From: Candidatus Aminicenantes bacterium UBA2199
GTDB taxonomy: Bacteria > Acidobacteriota > Aminicenantia > UBA2199
Direction: 5' to 3'
Length of the DNA: 64,000 nt
NCBI GenBank assembly: GCA_002327965.1
Contig: DCVB01000095.1
Location: 16,659 to 80,658 of the forward strand
Position numbers and translations under genes: made by a program. The notes beneath the pieces are model-generated. The model did not search any database, had not been told where the DNA came from, and was given only the letters and a program-made list of their open reading frames with translations. Of the stretch, positions 45,308 to 53,557 are shown piece after piece. Within the stretch, counting starts at the first letter, position 1, and every line of letters begins with the position of its first letter.

Positions 45308-46106
45308 CGGAGCGGAAATTCTTCAGGATGCCTCGCTTGGTTTTGCTGATGAAGTCGGTGATCACCCGGGCTTCCTCGCTGCCGGCGTGCTGCTCGCCGA
45401 TCTTGTGGACGGCCTGGGTGGTGTTCAGGTCGGAGTGGTAGAGGATGCGGTAGATGTCCTTGACGTTCTCGATGAAATCGCGGCTGAGCCCGTTGCGCAT
45501 CATGCCGATGGCATTGGGGCCGTACAGGCTGAACGACTCGCGGCTCTGGGCCACCTTGGCGAACGGCAGGATATCCTGGCAGACCACGCTGTAGCCGCCG
45601 ATGTAGGCGTTGCGGCCGATGCGCACGAACTGGTGCACGGCACAGAAGGCGCTGAGCACGACATAGTCGCCGATCTCGACATGGCCGGCCAGGGTGGCGC
45701 CGTTGCTGAGGATGATGTGGCTGCCGAGCTGGCAGTCGTGGGCCACGTGGGTATACGCCATGAGATAGTTGTCGTCGCCCAGGCGCGTGTGGCCGCCCCC
45801 CTTCGGCGTGCCGCGGTTGATGGTGGTGAACTCGCGGATGATATTGCGATCGCCGATATGCACGAAAGTCTCCTCGCCCTTGAAGGTGATGTCCTGGGGG
45901 TCGGTTCCCAGCGAGGAAAAGGGGAAAATGTGGCAGCCGCTCCCGATGACGGTGTTGCGGTCGATGGTGGCATGGTGCTTGACCACCGTGAGGTCGCCGA
46001 TGCGCACGCCGGGCCCGATGACCGAATAGGCGTCGACCTGCACATCCCTGCCGAGCTCGGCCTTGGGGCTGATGACGGCGGTGGGATGGATCAGCGGCTG
46101 CCTCAC
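45300..46106 (-). CDS. lpxA: Acyl-ACP--UDP-N-acetylglucosamine O-acyltransferase
   Basis: Left-handed beta-helix hexapeptide repeats (IHPTAVISPKAELGRDVQVDAYSVIGPGVRIGD...) and a C-terminal helical domain. Confidence 0.9.
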   Translation of the reverse strand: MRQPLIHPTAVISPKAELGRDVQVDAYSVIGPGVRIGDLTVVKHHATIDRNTVIGSGCHIFPFSSLGTDPQDITFKGEETFVHIGDRNIIREFTTINRGTPKGGGHTRLGDDNYLMAYTHVAHDCQLGSHIILSNGATLAGHVEIGDYVVLSAFCAVHQFVRIGRNAYIGGYSVVCQDILPFAKVAQSRESFSLYGPNAIGMMRNGLSRDFIENVKDIYRILYHSDLNTTQAVHKIGEQHAGSEEARVITDFISKTKRGILKNFRSDG

Positions 46107-46537
46107 TGGGTCACCATGCAGCTCATGGTCGCTTCGACCGCCAGCTGGCCGTCCACCGAGGCCTTGCCCTCGATGACGGCGAACCTGCCCCGGTCGCGAA
46201 CCACCAGCACGTCGAGATCCAGACGGTCTCCCGGCACGACGGGCTTCTTGAAACGGACTTTCTCGATGCCGGCGAAATAGGCATACACCTTCTGGCCGAC
46301 GAAGCGCTGCATCAACAGCACCGCCCCCAGCTGGGCCAGGGCCTCGATGATCAGCACCCCCGGCATGACCGGGTTGCCGGGGAAATGGCCCTGGAAAAAA
46401 TCCTCGTTGCCGGTGACGTTCTTGTAGCCCTGGATGGTCTGGCTCCCGTCGCAGGCGGTCACGCGGTCGACCAGCAGAAAGGGATAGCGATGGGGCAGGA
46501 TGCGCTTGATGCCCTCGATATCCAGAGGCAGGTTCAT
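46103..46537 (-). CDS. fabZ: 3-hydroxyacyl-ACP dehydratase
   Basis: [14 protein letters not shown] and [23 protein letters not shown] motifs. Confidence 0.95.
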   Translation of the reverse strand: MNLPLDIEGIKRILPHRYPFLLVDRVTACDGSQTIQGYKNVTGNEDFFQGHFPGNPVMPGVLIIEALAQLGAVLLMQRFVGQKVYAYFAGIEKVRFKKPVVPGDRLDLDVLVVRDRGRFAVIEGKASVDGQLAVEATMSCMVTQ

Positions 46538-47052
46538 TTCTTGGCGGCGGCGGCGGACTGGGCGTCGTAGGACTTGACCACCTTCTCGGTGAGGTCGATG
46601 GTGGGATCGAAGAAGGTGACGCCGGCCGTGTTCAGGTCCAGGACCAGGGAAAAGCCATTCTCCGTGGCGACCTTCTCGATGATCGGCATCAGGTCTTTCT
46701 GGATCGCCTCGAATTCCTTCTGCTGGGCGGCCATGCTTTCCTTCTGGGCGTCCTCGGCGAAGCGCTTGATCTCGGTGCGCTTGTTGGCCAGGTCCTGGGT
46801 CTTGCGGTCGCGGGCCTCGGCGTTCAGCGCCGGGGAGAGGACTTCCTTCTCCAGGGCATCGATCGCCTTCTGCAGCGACTCGTACTTCTTCTGCTTGGCG
46901 GTCGTCAGCGCCTGCAGGCGGCCGATGGCTTCCTTGCCCTTGACCGAGTTCTGCAGGACGACCTGGGGATTGATGATGCCGATCTTGAATTCGGCGAAGG
47001 CGAACGCGCTCAGGGCCACCAGGGCCGCGATCAACAACAGGTGTTTTTTCAT
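46534..47052 (-). CDS. skp: Periplasmic chaperone OmpH/Skp
   Basis: Signal peptide, coiled-coil-rich ~170 aa protein immediately downstream of bamA. Confidence 0.85.
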   Translation of the reverse strand: MKKHLLLIAALVALSAFAFAEFKIGIINPQVVLQNSVKGKEAIGRLQALTTAKQKKYESLQKAIDALEKEVLSPALNAEARDRKTQDLANKRTEIKRFAEDAQKESMAAQQKEFEAIQKDLMPIIEKVATENGFSLVLDLNTAGVTFFDPTIDLTEKVVKSYDAQSAAAAKK

Positions 47053-47073
47053 GGTTATCTCCTTATTGAAATC

Positions 47074-49389
47074 TTAATAAAACGACGGACCAACGGCGAA
47101 CTTGAAGACAAAGTGCGAATCGCCGACATTCAGCAGCCGCGGGTTGTAGGCGAAGATCAGGCGGAAGGGGACATTGAGCATGGGCACGAAGACCTTCAGC
47201 TCCAGGCCGGTTGACGTGTAGACGTCCTTCAGCCGGATCGGCGTGCCGGCGTCGTAGGAATTGCCCATGTCGTAGAAAAAGACGAAGGAGAACTGCTGGG
47301 TCAGGGGGATGGCGTATTCCAGGTTGAACAGGAACGACTTGGTCCCGCCCAGGACGCTGCCGTTCTTGTCGCGCGGGCCGATGGTGTAGATGTCAAAGCC
47401 GCGAAGCGAGCGTTCGCCGCCCAGGAAGTACTTCTCGTAGAAGGGGACCCGGCGGTTGGCGAACGGCGACAGGCCCTCGTAGGCCAGGTGCAGGCCCAGC
47501 ACGTGCCGCTTCCACAGGGGCTGGAAGCGGACGAGCTCCAGCTTCAGCTTGTGCAGGTAGATGTCCCCGCCCAGGAAGCCGCCCGAATAGCGGTAAGTGG
47601 CCAGGACCTTGCTGCCCTGGGAGGGAAAGATCGGCGAGTCGACGGTGGAATAGTACAGGGTGGGCGAAAGGGCCGAGACGCGCCGCTTGCCCTCGCTGTA
47701 GTAGTACATGTAATAGGAGCTGATGTACTGGTAGCTCTCGTTGACGTCGCTGATCTCGATGTCCTCCATGCTGTACACCAGCTGGCTGCCCCAGTAGGTC
47801 CAGAAACGGGCCGAGCTGGAGATGTTGAAGCCCTGCCCCTTGCGCGTGTACATGTAGGGGTATTCATAAGTGGTCTTGAACAGGTCGATACCGAAATTGG
47901 CCGGCAGGTTGAACAGGTAAGGCTCGGTGAAGGCGAACTGGTAGTTCTTGGCGCGCGTGCCCTGCTGCAGATTGAGCGTGAAGGCTTCGCCCATGCCCAG
48001 GAAGTTCTGCGTGGAATAGCCGGCGGCGATGAACCAGCCCTCGTAGCCGCTGTAGCCCACGTTGAAGTTGATCATCTGCCGGTTCATCTCCTTGACCTCG
48101 GCGATGATGTCGATCTTCTGGGGGTCCTGGGGGTCGGCCTTGATCTCGGGCATCTTCTCCACGGTGACCAGGCCCAGCTGCTTCATGCGCTTGATCGAGT
48201 CCTCCAGGGCGTTGATGTTCAGGCGCTTGCCCTCGCGCAGGAACCACTCGCGGCGGATGACGTGGTCCTTGGTGAAGGTGTTGCCGGTGAACTCGAGCTT
48301 GCCCAGGTAGACGACCTCGTTCTCCTGGATGCGGATGGTCAGGTCGGCGATGCGCCGTTCCGGGTCCAGGTTCTCGCTGGGCACGACCTGGGCGTAGAAG
48401 TAGCCGATGCCGCCGTAGAACTTCTGCATGCTCTCGATGATCTTGTTGCGCTTCTTGATGTTGTACACCTGGCCCTTCTTGAAGCCGACCAGGCTCTTGA
48501 GGAAGTCGGTGCGGATGACCTTGTTGCCCTCGATGGCGATCTCACCCATGCGGTAGCGCGGGCCGAGATCCACCGGAATGCTGAGCTGCAGCATGTTCTG
48601 CCGGTGACCGAGGATCGTTTTCCGCTCCATGGTGGCGAATTCCGGCGTGCCGACCTTGGCCTCAAGATATCCCTTCTGCTGCAGGCGCAGGCGGACCTCC
48701 TCAAGGTCTTCCTCGATCTTCTCGCGGTTGTACACATCCTTGCCGGCGACGGCCGAGAGGATGGCGTGCACCTGGTTGTTTTTGAGCCCGCGGCGCAGGA
48801 ATGACGGCGAAACCGAGCCGGGGGTGAGGCCGGGGAAAACCACCTTGGCGATGCGCGTCTTGTAGCCGGCATCGGCGCGGACGGTCAGGGCGATCTGCCC
48901 GTTCTCCTCCTTCTTCTCGTCGATGGTCACGTCGGCCTGGTTGTAGCCCTTCTCCAGGAGCATGTCGGTGATGAGCTTCTTCACCCTGCGCACCTTGGAC
49001 GGGCTGTAGTAGGAGAAGGGCTGCAGCAGGATGTTGCTGCCCTGCAGCTTCTCGTTGATGTCGCTCTCCTTGACCTTCTTGCTCAGCTTGTAGGTGACCG
49101 AGGAGATCAGCGGGTTCTCGACCAGCACCAGGCGCACGATCTTGCCGTTGGCGCCGTTCTCCTCCTCGATGCGGATGTTCTCGAAGAAGCCGGTGGCCCA
49201 AAGCGACTGGAAATCCTCCTTCAGCTTCTGCGGGTCATAGACGCCGCCCTCGCGTGATTTCATGTAGAACTGGATGGTCTCGCGCGAGACCTTGCGATTG
49301 CCTTCGACCTGGATCCTTTCGATGATGTCGGCGCACAGCCATTGGGCGCCGAGCAGCATCATGACCAGCCACGGCATTTTTTTCAGCAT
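47074..49389 (-). CDS. bamA: Outer membrane protein assembly factor BamA
   Basis: 771 aa. Signal peptide, five POTRA-like repeats (IERIQVEGNRKVSRETI...), C-terminal Omp85 barrel ending FKFAVGPSFY. Confidence 0.95.
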   Translation of the reverse strand: MLKKMPWLVMMLLGAQWLCADIIERIQVEGNRKVSRETIQFYMKSREGGVYDPQKLKEDFQSLWATGFFENIRIEEENGANGKIVRLVLVENPLISSVTYKLSKKVKESDINEKLQGSNILLQPFSYYSPSKVRRVKKLITDMLLEKGYNQADVTIDEKKEENGQIALTVRADAGYKTRIAKVVFPGLTPGSVSPSFLRRGLKNNQVHAILSAVAGKDVYNREKIEEDLEEVRLRLQQKGYLEAKVGTPEFATMERKTILGHRQNMLQLSIPVDLGPRYRMGEIAIEGNKVIRTDFLKSLVGFKKGQVYNIKKRNKIIESMQKFYGGIGYFYAQVVPSENLDPERRIADLTIRIQENEVVYLGKLEFTGNTFTKDHVIRREWFLREGKRLNINALEDSIKRMKQLGLVTVEKMPEIKADPQDPQKIDIIAEVKEMNRQMINFNVGYSGYEGWFIAAGYSTQNFLGMGEAFTLNLQQGTRAKNYQFAFTEPYLFNLPANFGIDLFKTTYEYPYMYTRKGQGFNISSSARFWTYWGSQLVYSMEDIEISDVNESYQYISSYYMYYYSEGKRRVSALSPTLYYSTVDSPIFPSQGSKVLATYRYSGGFLGGDIYLHKLKLELVRFQPLWKRHVLGLHLAYEGLSPFANRRVPFYEKYFLGGERSLRGFDIYTIGPRDKNGSVLGGTKSFLFNLEYAIPLTQQFSFVFFYDMGNSYDAGTPIRLKDVYTSTGLELKVFVPMLNVPFRLIFAYNPRLLNVGDSHFVFKFAVGPSFY

Positions 49390-49421
49390 GAAAACCTCGC
49401 AAAATTCGAGTTGAATGGTAT

Positions 49422-49450
49422 TTTATAGCACAAAACGCCATAAATTACAA
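49422..49450 (-). promoter_or_regulatory. Candidate promoter of the bamA-skp-fabZ-lpxA-lpxI operon
   Basis: The minus strand reads TTGTAA-17 nt-TATAAA, about 30 nt upstream of the bamA ATG (GAGG SD). Confidence 0.45.
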
Positions 49451-49507
49451 TTCCTCTTTACTGGATAGGACGTCCTGGAAGCAGAAAAAAGTTTCAGCGG
49501 TTTTTTA

Positions 49508-49536
49508 TTGACAGCCGAAAGCGATTGTGCTATAAA
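49508..49536 (+). promoter_or_regulatory. Promoter of the fmdB-like gene
   Basis: TTGACA-17 nt-TATAAA, 30 nt upstream of ATG 49567. Confidence 0.55.
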
Positions 49537-49566
49537 AAAAAGGTCCATCACGCGGAGGAAGTGGCC

Positions 49567-49812
49567 ATGCCGATCTACGAATACAAATGCTCGAAATGCG
49601 GCAGAGTTTTCGAGCATTTGCAGTCCGTAGCGGCCGCGCCGCTCCGCAAATGCATTTACTGCCGGGGCCGGGCCGACAAGATCATCTCCCAGAGCTCATT
49701 CCAGTTCAAGGGCTCGGGCTGGTACATCACCGATTACAGGAAGAAAGGCGCCAAGAGCGCCGCGCCGGCCAAGCCCGCGGAAAAAGTCGAAAAAAATGTC
49801 AAAGCCAGTTAG
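49567..49812 (+). CDS. FmdB-family zinc-ribbon putative regulatory protein
   Basis: MPIYEYKCSKCGRVFE...CIYCRG (CxxC...CxxC). GGAGGA SD. TTGACA-17-TATAAA promoter upstream. Confidence 0.85.
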   Translation: MPIYEYKCSKCGRVFEHLQSVAAAPLRKCIYCRGRADKIISQSSFQFKGSGWYITDYRKKGAKSAAPAKPAEKVEKNVKAS

Positions 49813-49865
49813 CCTTTCCATCTCTCCCCCCTTAATATAACCATAACCCCCACCCTACAAAAACA

Positions 49866-49888
49866 CCCCCCCCGCTACATGGGGGGGG
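49866..49888. terminator. C8/G8 hairpin, possible bidirectional terminator between fmdB and the dtd string
   Basis: CCCCCCCC-GCTACAT-GGGGGGGG. On the minus strand it is followed by TGTTTTTG. On the plus strand it is followed by CCCGCCTTTTG. Confidence 0.5.
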
Positions 49889-49920
49889 CCCGCCTTTTGT
49901 CACTGCCAGTAGATAGAATC

Positions 49921-50198
49921 GGTTTACGGTAGACGGTTCACGGTTTACGGAAAGAGAAAAGGCAATATGAAGACTTAAATTCCAAATCCCAAGCACCAAA
50001 TTCCAAACAAATTCCAAGCTCCAAATTCCAATTTCCAAAACGAAAGCCCCTTGGAATGGCATTTTCTTCGTTTTGGTCATTGAATCAAAGTCCCCGCTAA
50101 GGGGATTGGAATTTGGAATTTATTTGGGATTTGGGATTTGGTGCTTGGAATTTAATTCTTCACTTGTCACTTGTCACGCGTCACGCGTTACGCGTCAC
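49921..50198 (-). repeat. Variant composite element: same termini as copies 2-4, but the cargo is replaced by an inverted pair of ATTCCAA / TTGGAAT arrays
   Basis: agaatc ggtttac ggtagac ggttcac ggtttac (49921-49948); period-7 CCA arrays 49982-50005 and 50014-50037; mirrored TGG arrays 50104-50120 and 50122-50152; tcttcac ttgtcac ttgtcac gcgtcac gcgttac gcgtcac gatagatcc (50157-50198 and following). Compare the copy 4 ends, ggaatcggtttacgg ... gcgtcacgatggatcc. Confidence 0.9.
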
Positions 50199-50222
50199 GA
50201 TAGATCCTCCCTTTGCTGCCGC

Positions 50223-50684
50223 TTACCGCAAACAGCCGGGCTCGTCACCTGTCTTTTCCAGGATGATGGTCACCGGCCCGTCGTTGACCGAGCTCACTTC
50301 CATCATGGCGCCGAACTCCCCTGCCGCGACCGGGACGACGGCCCGCAGCAGCGAGTTGAAGCGCTCGTAGAGTTCCCGGGCCCGTCCGGGCTCCTCGGCG
50401 CGGGTGAAGTCGGGGCGGCGCCCCTTGCGGTTGCGCGCCGCCAGGGTGAACTGCGAGACCGAGAGGATCGCTCCCCGCACCTGCTGGACATCGAGGTTCA
50501 TCTTCCCCCCTTCGTCGGCGAAGACGCGCAGGTGCAGCACTTTATCGGCCAGGAAGGCGATCTCCTTATCGCCGTCGCCCTTTTCGATGCCCACCAACAG
50601 AAGAAGCCCCCGGCCGATGCGGGCCATCTCCCGCCCCGCGACGTCGACACTTGCCTGGGATACCCTCTGGATTACGAGGCGCAT
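50223..50684 (-). CDS. dtd: D-aminoacyl-tRNA deacylase
   Basis: MRLVIQRVSQASVDV...SQFTL...GRRP...NDGPVTIIL motifs. The track ORF extends upstream artefactually. Confidence 0.9.
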   Translation of the reverse strand: MRLVIQRVSQASVDVAGREMARIGRGLLLLVGIEKGDGDKEIAFLADKVLHLRVFADEGGKMNLDVQQVRGAILSVSQFTLAARNRKGRRPDFTRAEEPGRARELYERFNSLLRAVVPVAAGEFGAMMEVSSVNDGPVTIILEKTGDEPGCLR

Positions 50685-50688
50685 GGCT

Positions 50689-51552
50689 TCACCACGGGCT
50701 GCCAACCGTGCTGCCCCGCTCCGACGGGGCGGGAGGCAGATCCCTCCTCTCGCTGCCCCGGGGGGGAGGGGGTTCGACTCTCCGCAACAGCAGGGGCGAA
50801 TCAAGGTCGATCCGCAGGCCCTCGTTTTCCCCATTTCCCCCGGGCAGAGGGGCGCCGCCGCGTATCCAGCCGGAGATGCGGCAGACCAGCCAGGCCCGGG
50901 AATGGGGAAGATCGGGCTCCAGGTGCAGGCGGACGATCTCCAGCCGGCTCTCGTCCCACGAGACATGATTGATGAATCCCAGCAATGCCGGCAGCGGCGC
51001 CATGGCGACGACGCAGACGGAGCGGTTCGCGGGCTGGCCGCATGGCGAAGGCTGTCCGCCGAGCAGGCCGCGCCAGTAAAAGCGTCCCGGGTCACGGGCC
51101 CGCGAAAAACCCTCCTGGATGGCGACGGTTTGGCCGCCGATCCAGCCGCGGAGGGGATCCCCTCGTTCCGGGCCGGCGCTACCCAGCTCGGGCGCATCGG
51201 TCATATTGCCGAACAGGAACCGGGCATGGGGAATGCCGTCCAGGAGGATCCGTTGCTGCAGGCCGGTCAGGGCCACGGCTCTCCAGCCGGCGTCATCGTC
51301 CACCGGCGGCAGCGCCTGGAAGGCCCGGGAGTCCATTTGCGCCAGGAGATCCTCTTCAGCCGCGTCGGGAAATTCGAGATCAACGGCCTTGGCGCCGTAG
51401 TTCCTGATCTTCCGATCCCAATCGCCGCGCTCGCGGCGCAGGCGGCCCAGGTCCCTGACGGTCGGATACCAGTCCAGGGCGACGAAGGCGGCCGCGACGG
51501 CGAGCGCCGCCAGGGCCTGGAGCAGGGAGCGCGCCAGTTTCCCCCAGCTCAC
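50689..51552 (-). CDS. Hypothetical membrane-anchored protein (PilO/GspM-like topology)
   Basis: N-terminal TM (LLQALAALAVAAAFVAL), then a charged helix and a globular domain. 4-nt overlap with the upstream gene. The functional call is weak. Confidence 0.5.
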   Translation of the reverse strand: MSWGKLARSLLQALAALAVAAAFVALDWYPTVRDLGRLRRERGDWDRKIRNYGAKAVDLEFPDAAEEDLLAQMDSRAFQALPPVDDDAGWRAVALTGLQQRILLDGIPHARFLFGNMTDAPELGSAGPERGDPLRGWIGGQTVAIQEGFSRARDPGRFYWRGLLGGQPSPCGQPANRSVCVVAMAPLPALLGFINHVSWDESRLEIVRLHLEPDLPHSRAWLVCRISGWIRGGAPLPGGNGENEGLRIDLDSPLLLRRVEPPPPRGSERRDLPPAPSERGSTVGSPW

Positions 51553-52058
51553 GGCTGCAACTCCACCCGGCCGCGGACGGCGAAGAGGCGCGGCCCGCTG
51601 CCGGGGGCAGGCGCCGGAGTCGCCATGATATCGAAAGCCGCGGCCGCATTCCCCAGTTGCTCCAGGAAATCATCGAACCCGCGCCGGGCGACGGTATCCG
51701 CTTCGATCGCCAGCTCGAAGCTCATGTCGTGCAGACCGGGATCGATGCGGACCGAGACCAGCCGCAGCGGCGCCGCGATGCCGTCCAGGCGGCGGACGAG
51801 ATCGGCGGCGGCGTAGGACGCGGCCATGGGATAGTCGAGAAAATAGCGGAGCTGATGGAAGCGGGCGCGCCGGGCCTTGGTCGCGGCGACCGGTTGTTCG
51901 CGCACCAGCTCGCCGTAGCTCCGTTTCATCTCCGCGGCCTCCCGGGCGCGGCTGAAGCGCACCGCGTGCAGCAGCAGGGAGATGACGGCCAGGAATGAAA
52001 ACAGGAACAGCGGCCAACGCCGCCGGCGGCGAAGCGGGCGATCGTCTGGCTCGTTCAT
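51549..52058 (-). CDS. Hypothetical membrane-anchored protein (PilN-like topology)
   Basis: Basic N-terminus, TM (WPLFLFSFLAVISLLLHAV), helix, then an alpha/beta domain (LRLVSVRIDP...SFELAIEA). The functional call is weak. Confidence 0.5.
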   Translation of the reverse strand: MNEPDDRPLRRRRRWPLFLFSFLAVISLLLHAVRFSRAREAAEMKRSYGELVREQPVAATKARRARFHQLRYFLDYPMAASYAAADLVRRLDGIAAPLRLVSVRIDPGLHDMSFELAIEADTVARRGFDDFLEQLGNAAAAFDIMATPAPAPGSGPRLFAVRGRVELQP

Positions 52059-52067
52059 GGCCGGGGT

Positions 52068-52472
52068 TCAGCCGCCGACGAACTTCAGGAAGACCCGCCG
52101 CTGGCGCGGGCCGTCGAACTCGCAGAAATAGATCCCCTGCCACGAACCGAGGATCGGTTCGCCGTTGTTCACCACCAGGGCCTCGGAGGCGCCCACCAGG
52201 CTGGACATGATGTGCGCCGGCGAGTTGCCCTCGCCGTGCCGGAAATAATCGTGCCTGGGCGCCAGGCGCTTGAGGAACTCGCCGATGTCATGGGGCACGT
52301 CCGGGTCGGCGTTCTCGTTGATGGTCACGGCGGCGGTGGTATGCGGCGTGAAGACCAGCAGGATGCCCGAGTTGCATTTGCCGTCGCGCAGCATCTCGCG
52401 CACCTGGGCGGTGATATCGATGAATTCAATCTTTTGCGTGCTCTTCAGCTCGATGGCATGGTAGGCGCTCAT
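52068..52472 (-). CDS. YjbQ/UPF0047 family protein (secondary thiamine-phosphate synthase)
   Basis: GGAGGA SD upstream of ATG 52472, with ATGA overlap with the AMMECR1 stop. Motifs TPHTTAAVTINENADP and GNSPAHI. Confidence 0.85.
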   Translation of the reverse strand: MSAYHAIELKSTQKIEFIDITAQVREMLRDGKCNSGILLVFTPHTTAAVTINENADPDVPHDIGEFLKRLAPRHDYFRHGEGNSPAHIMSSLVGASEALVVNNGEPILGSWQGIYFCEFDGPRQRRVFLKFVGG

Positions 52473-53032
52473 GCTTCCTCCGCGTGCTTTTTTTCGCCGA
52501 AAACGACCGCCTGGAAGGTCTCGATGGTCACTCCCCTTTTCCACTCGTCGGCTGCCAGCCCCGCCTTGCGGCAGCCGTAGGAAACGTACTGCTCCAGGTC
52601 CCAGCCCTGCTCGAGCGGCACCTGGGGCAGCAGCAGGCCGCGATTCACCCCCTTGCTGACGATGATGCCGTCGACGCCGACCCGCACGTCCCCCGGGCCG
52701 GATACGGGCCGCGGAACGGTCAGGACCGAGATCTCGATATCGAGCCCGGGCAGTTCATCGCCGTTGACGGCGGGAAAGCGCGGGTCCTCGAAAGCGGCGG
52801 CCAGGGCCATTTCGCGAACAGCCTCCCAGAGCGGCTTCACGGGCAGCGGGTAACCGATGCAGCCGCGCAGCTCGCCGTCGCGATGCAGGGTGACGAAGAC
52901 GCCGCGTTTCTCCAGGAACACCGGCTCCGGAGCCGGTTCACCGCCGCGCTCCCTTGAGGCCAGGTATCTGCGGATGGTCTCCCGGGCCAGCGCCAGGAGC
53001 GTTTTTCCTTCCGCGCCGCTCAATTCAGCCAT
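52469..53032 (-). CDS. AMMECR1-domain protein
   Basis: Hallmark LRGCIG motif (GELRGCIGYP) and a size of 187 aa. Confidence 0.85.
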   Translation of the reverse strand: MAELSGAEGKTLLALARETIRRYLASRERGGEPAPEPVFLEKRGVFVTLHRDGELRGCIGYPLPVKPLWEAVREMALAAAFEDPRFPAVNGDELPGLDIEISVLTVPRPVSGPGDVRVGVDGIIVSKGVNRGLLLPQVPLEQGWDLEQYVSYGCRKAGLAADEWKRGVTIETFQAVVFGEKKHAEEA

Positions 53033-53394
53033 TCCGCCCCGGTTTCTTCCGCAAGCGGCGCCAGGCGCGCCTTCTTCACGGCCGGATCGAATTCACAGGT
53101 GAAAGCCCGGATTTCCCTGAGACGCACGGCGAGGACCAGGCCGCCGATGGACCATTCCCGGGCCCGCGGCGGCTTGCGGCAGAAGAACGTCCCCTGCAGC
53201 CGCTCGCCGTATTGCCGGCAGGCGGCGGCATGGACGGCGTCGCTGCCGGCCGTGCCGAAATCCAGTGGCAGGAGCCGCTCGACCAGGATCGAACGACCGA
53301 TCCCCGTCCCCAGCAGGAAGCCCGCCCCGCGGTAGCCGGAGGCGCGCAGGACCGCGATGTCCTCCAGCGCCGTCGGCAGCAGTTGCACGTTCAT
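53020..53394 (-). CDS. Hypothetical protein
   Basis: 124 aa ORF, first gene of the AMMECR1-yjbQ-dtd co-directional string, with a 13-nt overlap with AMMECR1. No recognisable motif. Confidence 0.4.
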   Translation of the reverse strand: MNVQLLPTALEDIAVLRASGYRGAGFLLGTGIGRSILVERLLPLDFGTAGSDAVHAAACRQYGERLQGTFFCRKPPRAREWSIGGLVLAVRLREIRAFTCEFDPAVKKARLAPLAEETGAEWLN

Positions 53395-53454
53395 GTGCAG
53401 TAATTACCACATAAAGGAACTCAAGACAATATCCGGGAGCCTCGTGCACTCGGC

Positions 53455-53556
53455 GTAAGGTGTAAGGCATAAGGTTCAGGGTGAAGAAAGGGCAATTCCT
53501 TGATTCCAGAGCTCGTTTTCACCCTCCGCCTTGCGCCCTGCGCCCCACGCCGAGAT
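53455..53556. repeat. Inverted pair GTAAGGN x3-4 / CCYTGCG x4
   Basis: gtaaggt gtaaggc ataaggt tcagggt gaagaaaggg ... ccttgcg ccctgcg ccccacg ccgagat. The right arm is nearly the same as 10841-10868. Confidence 0.9.
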
Positions 53557-53557
53557 C

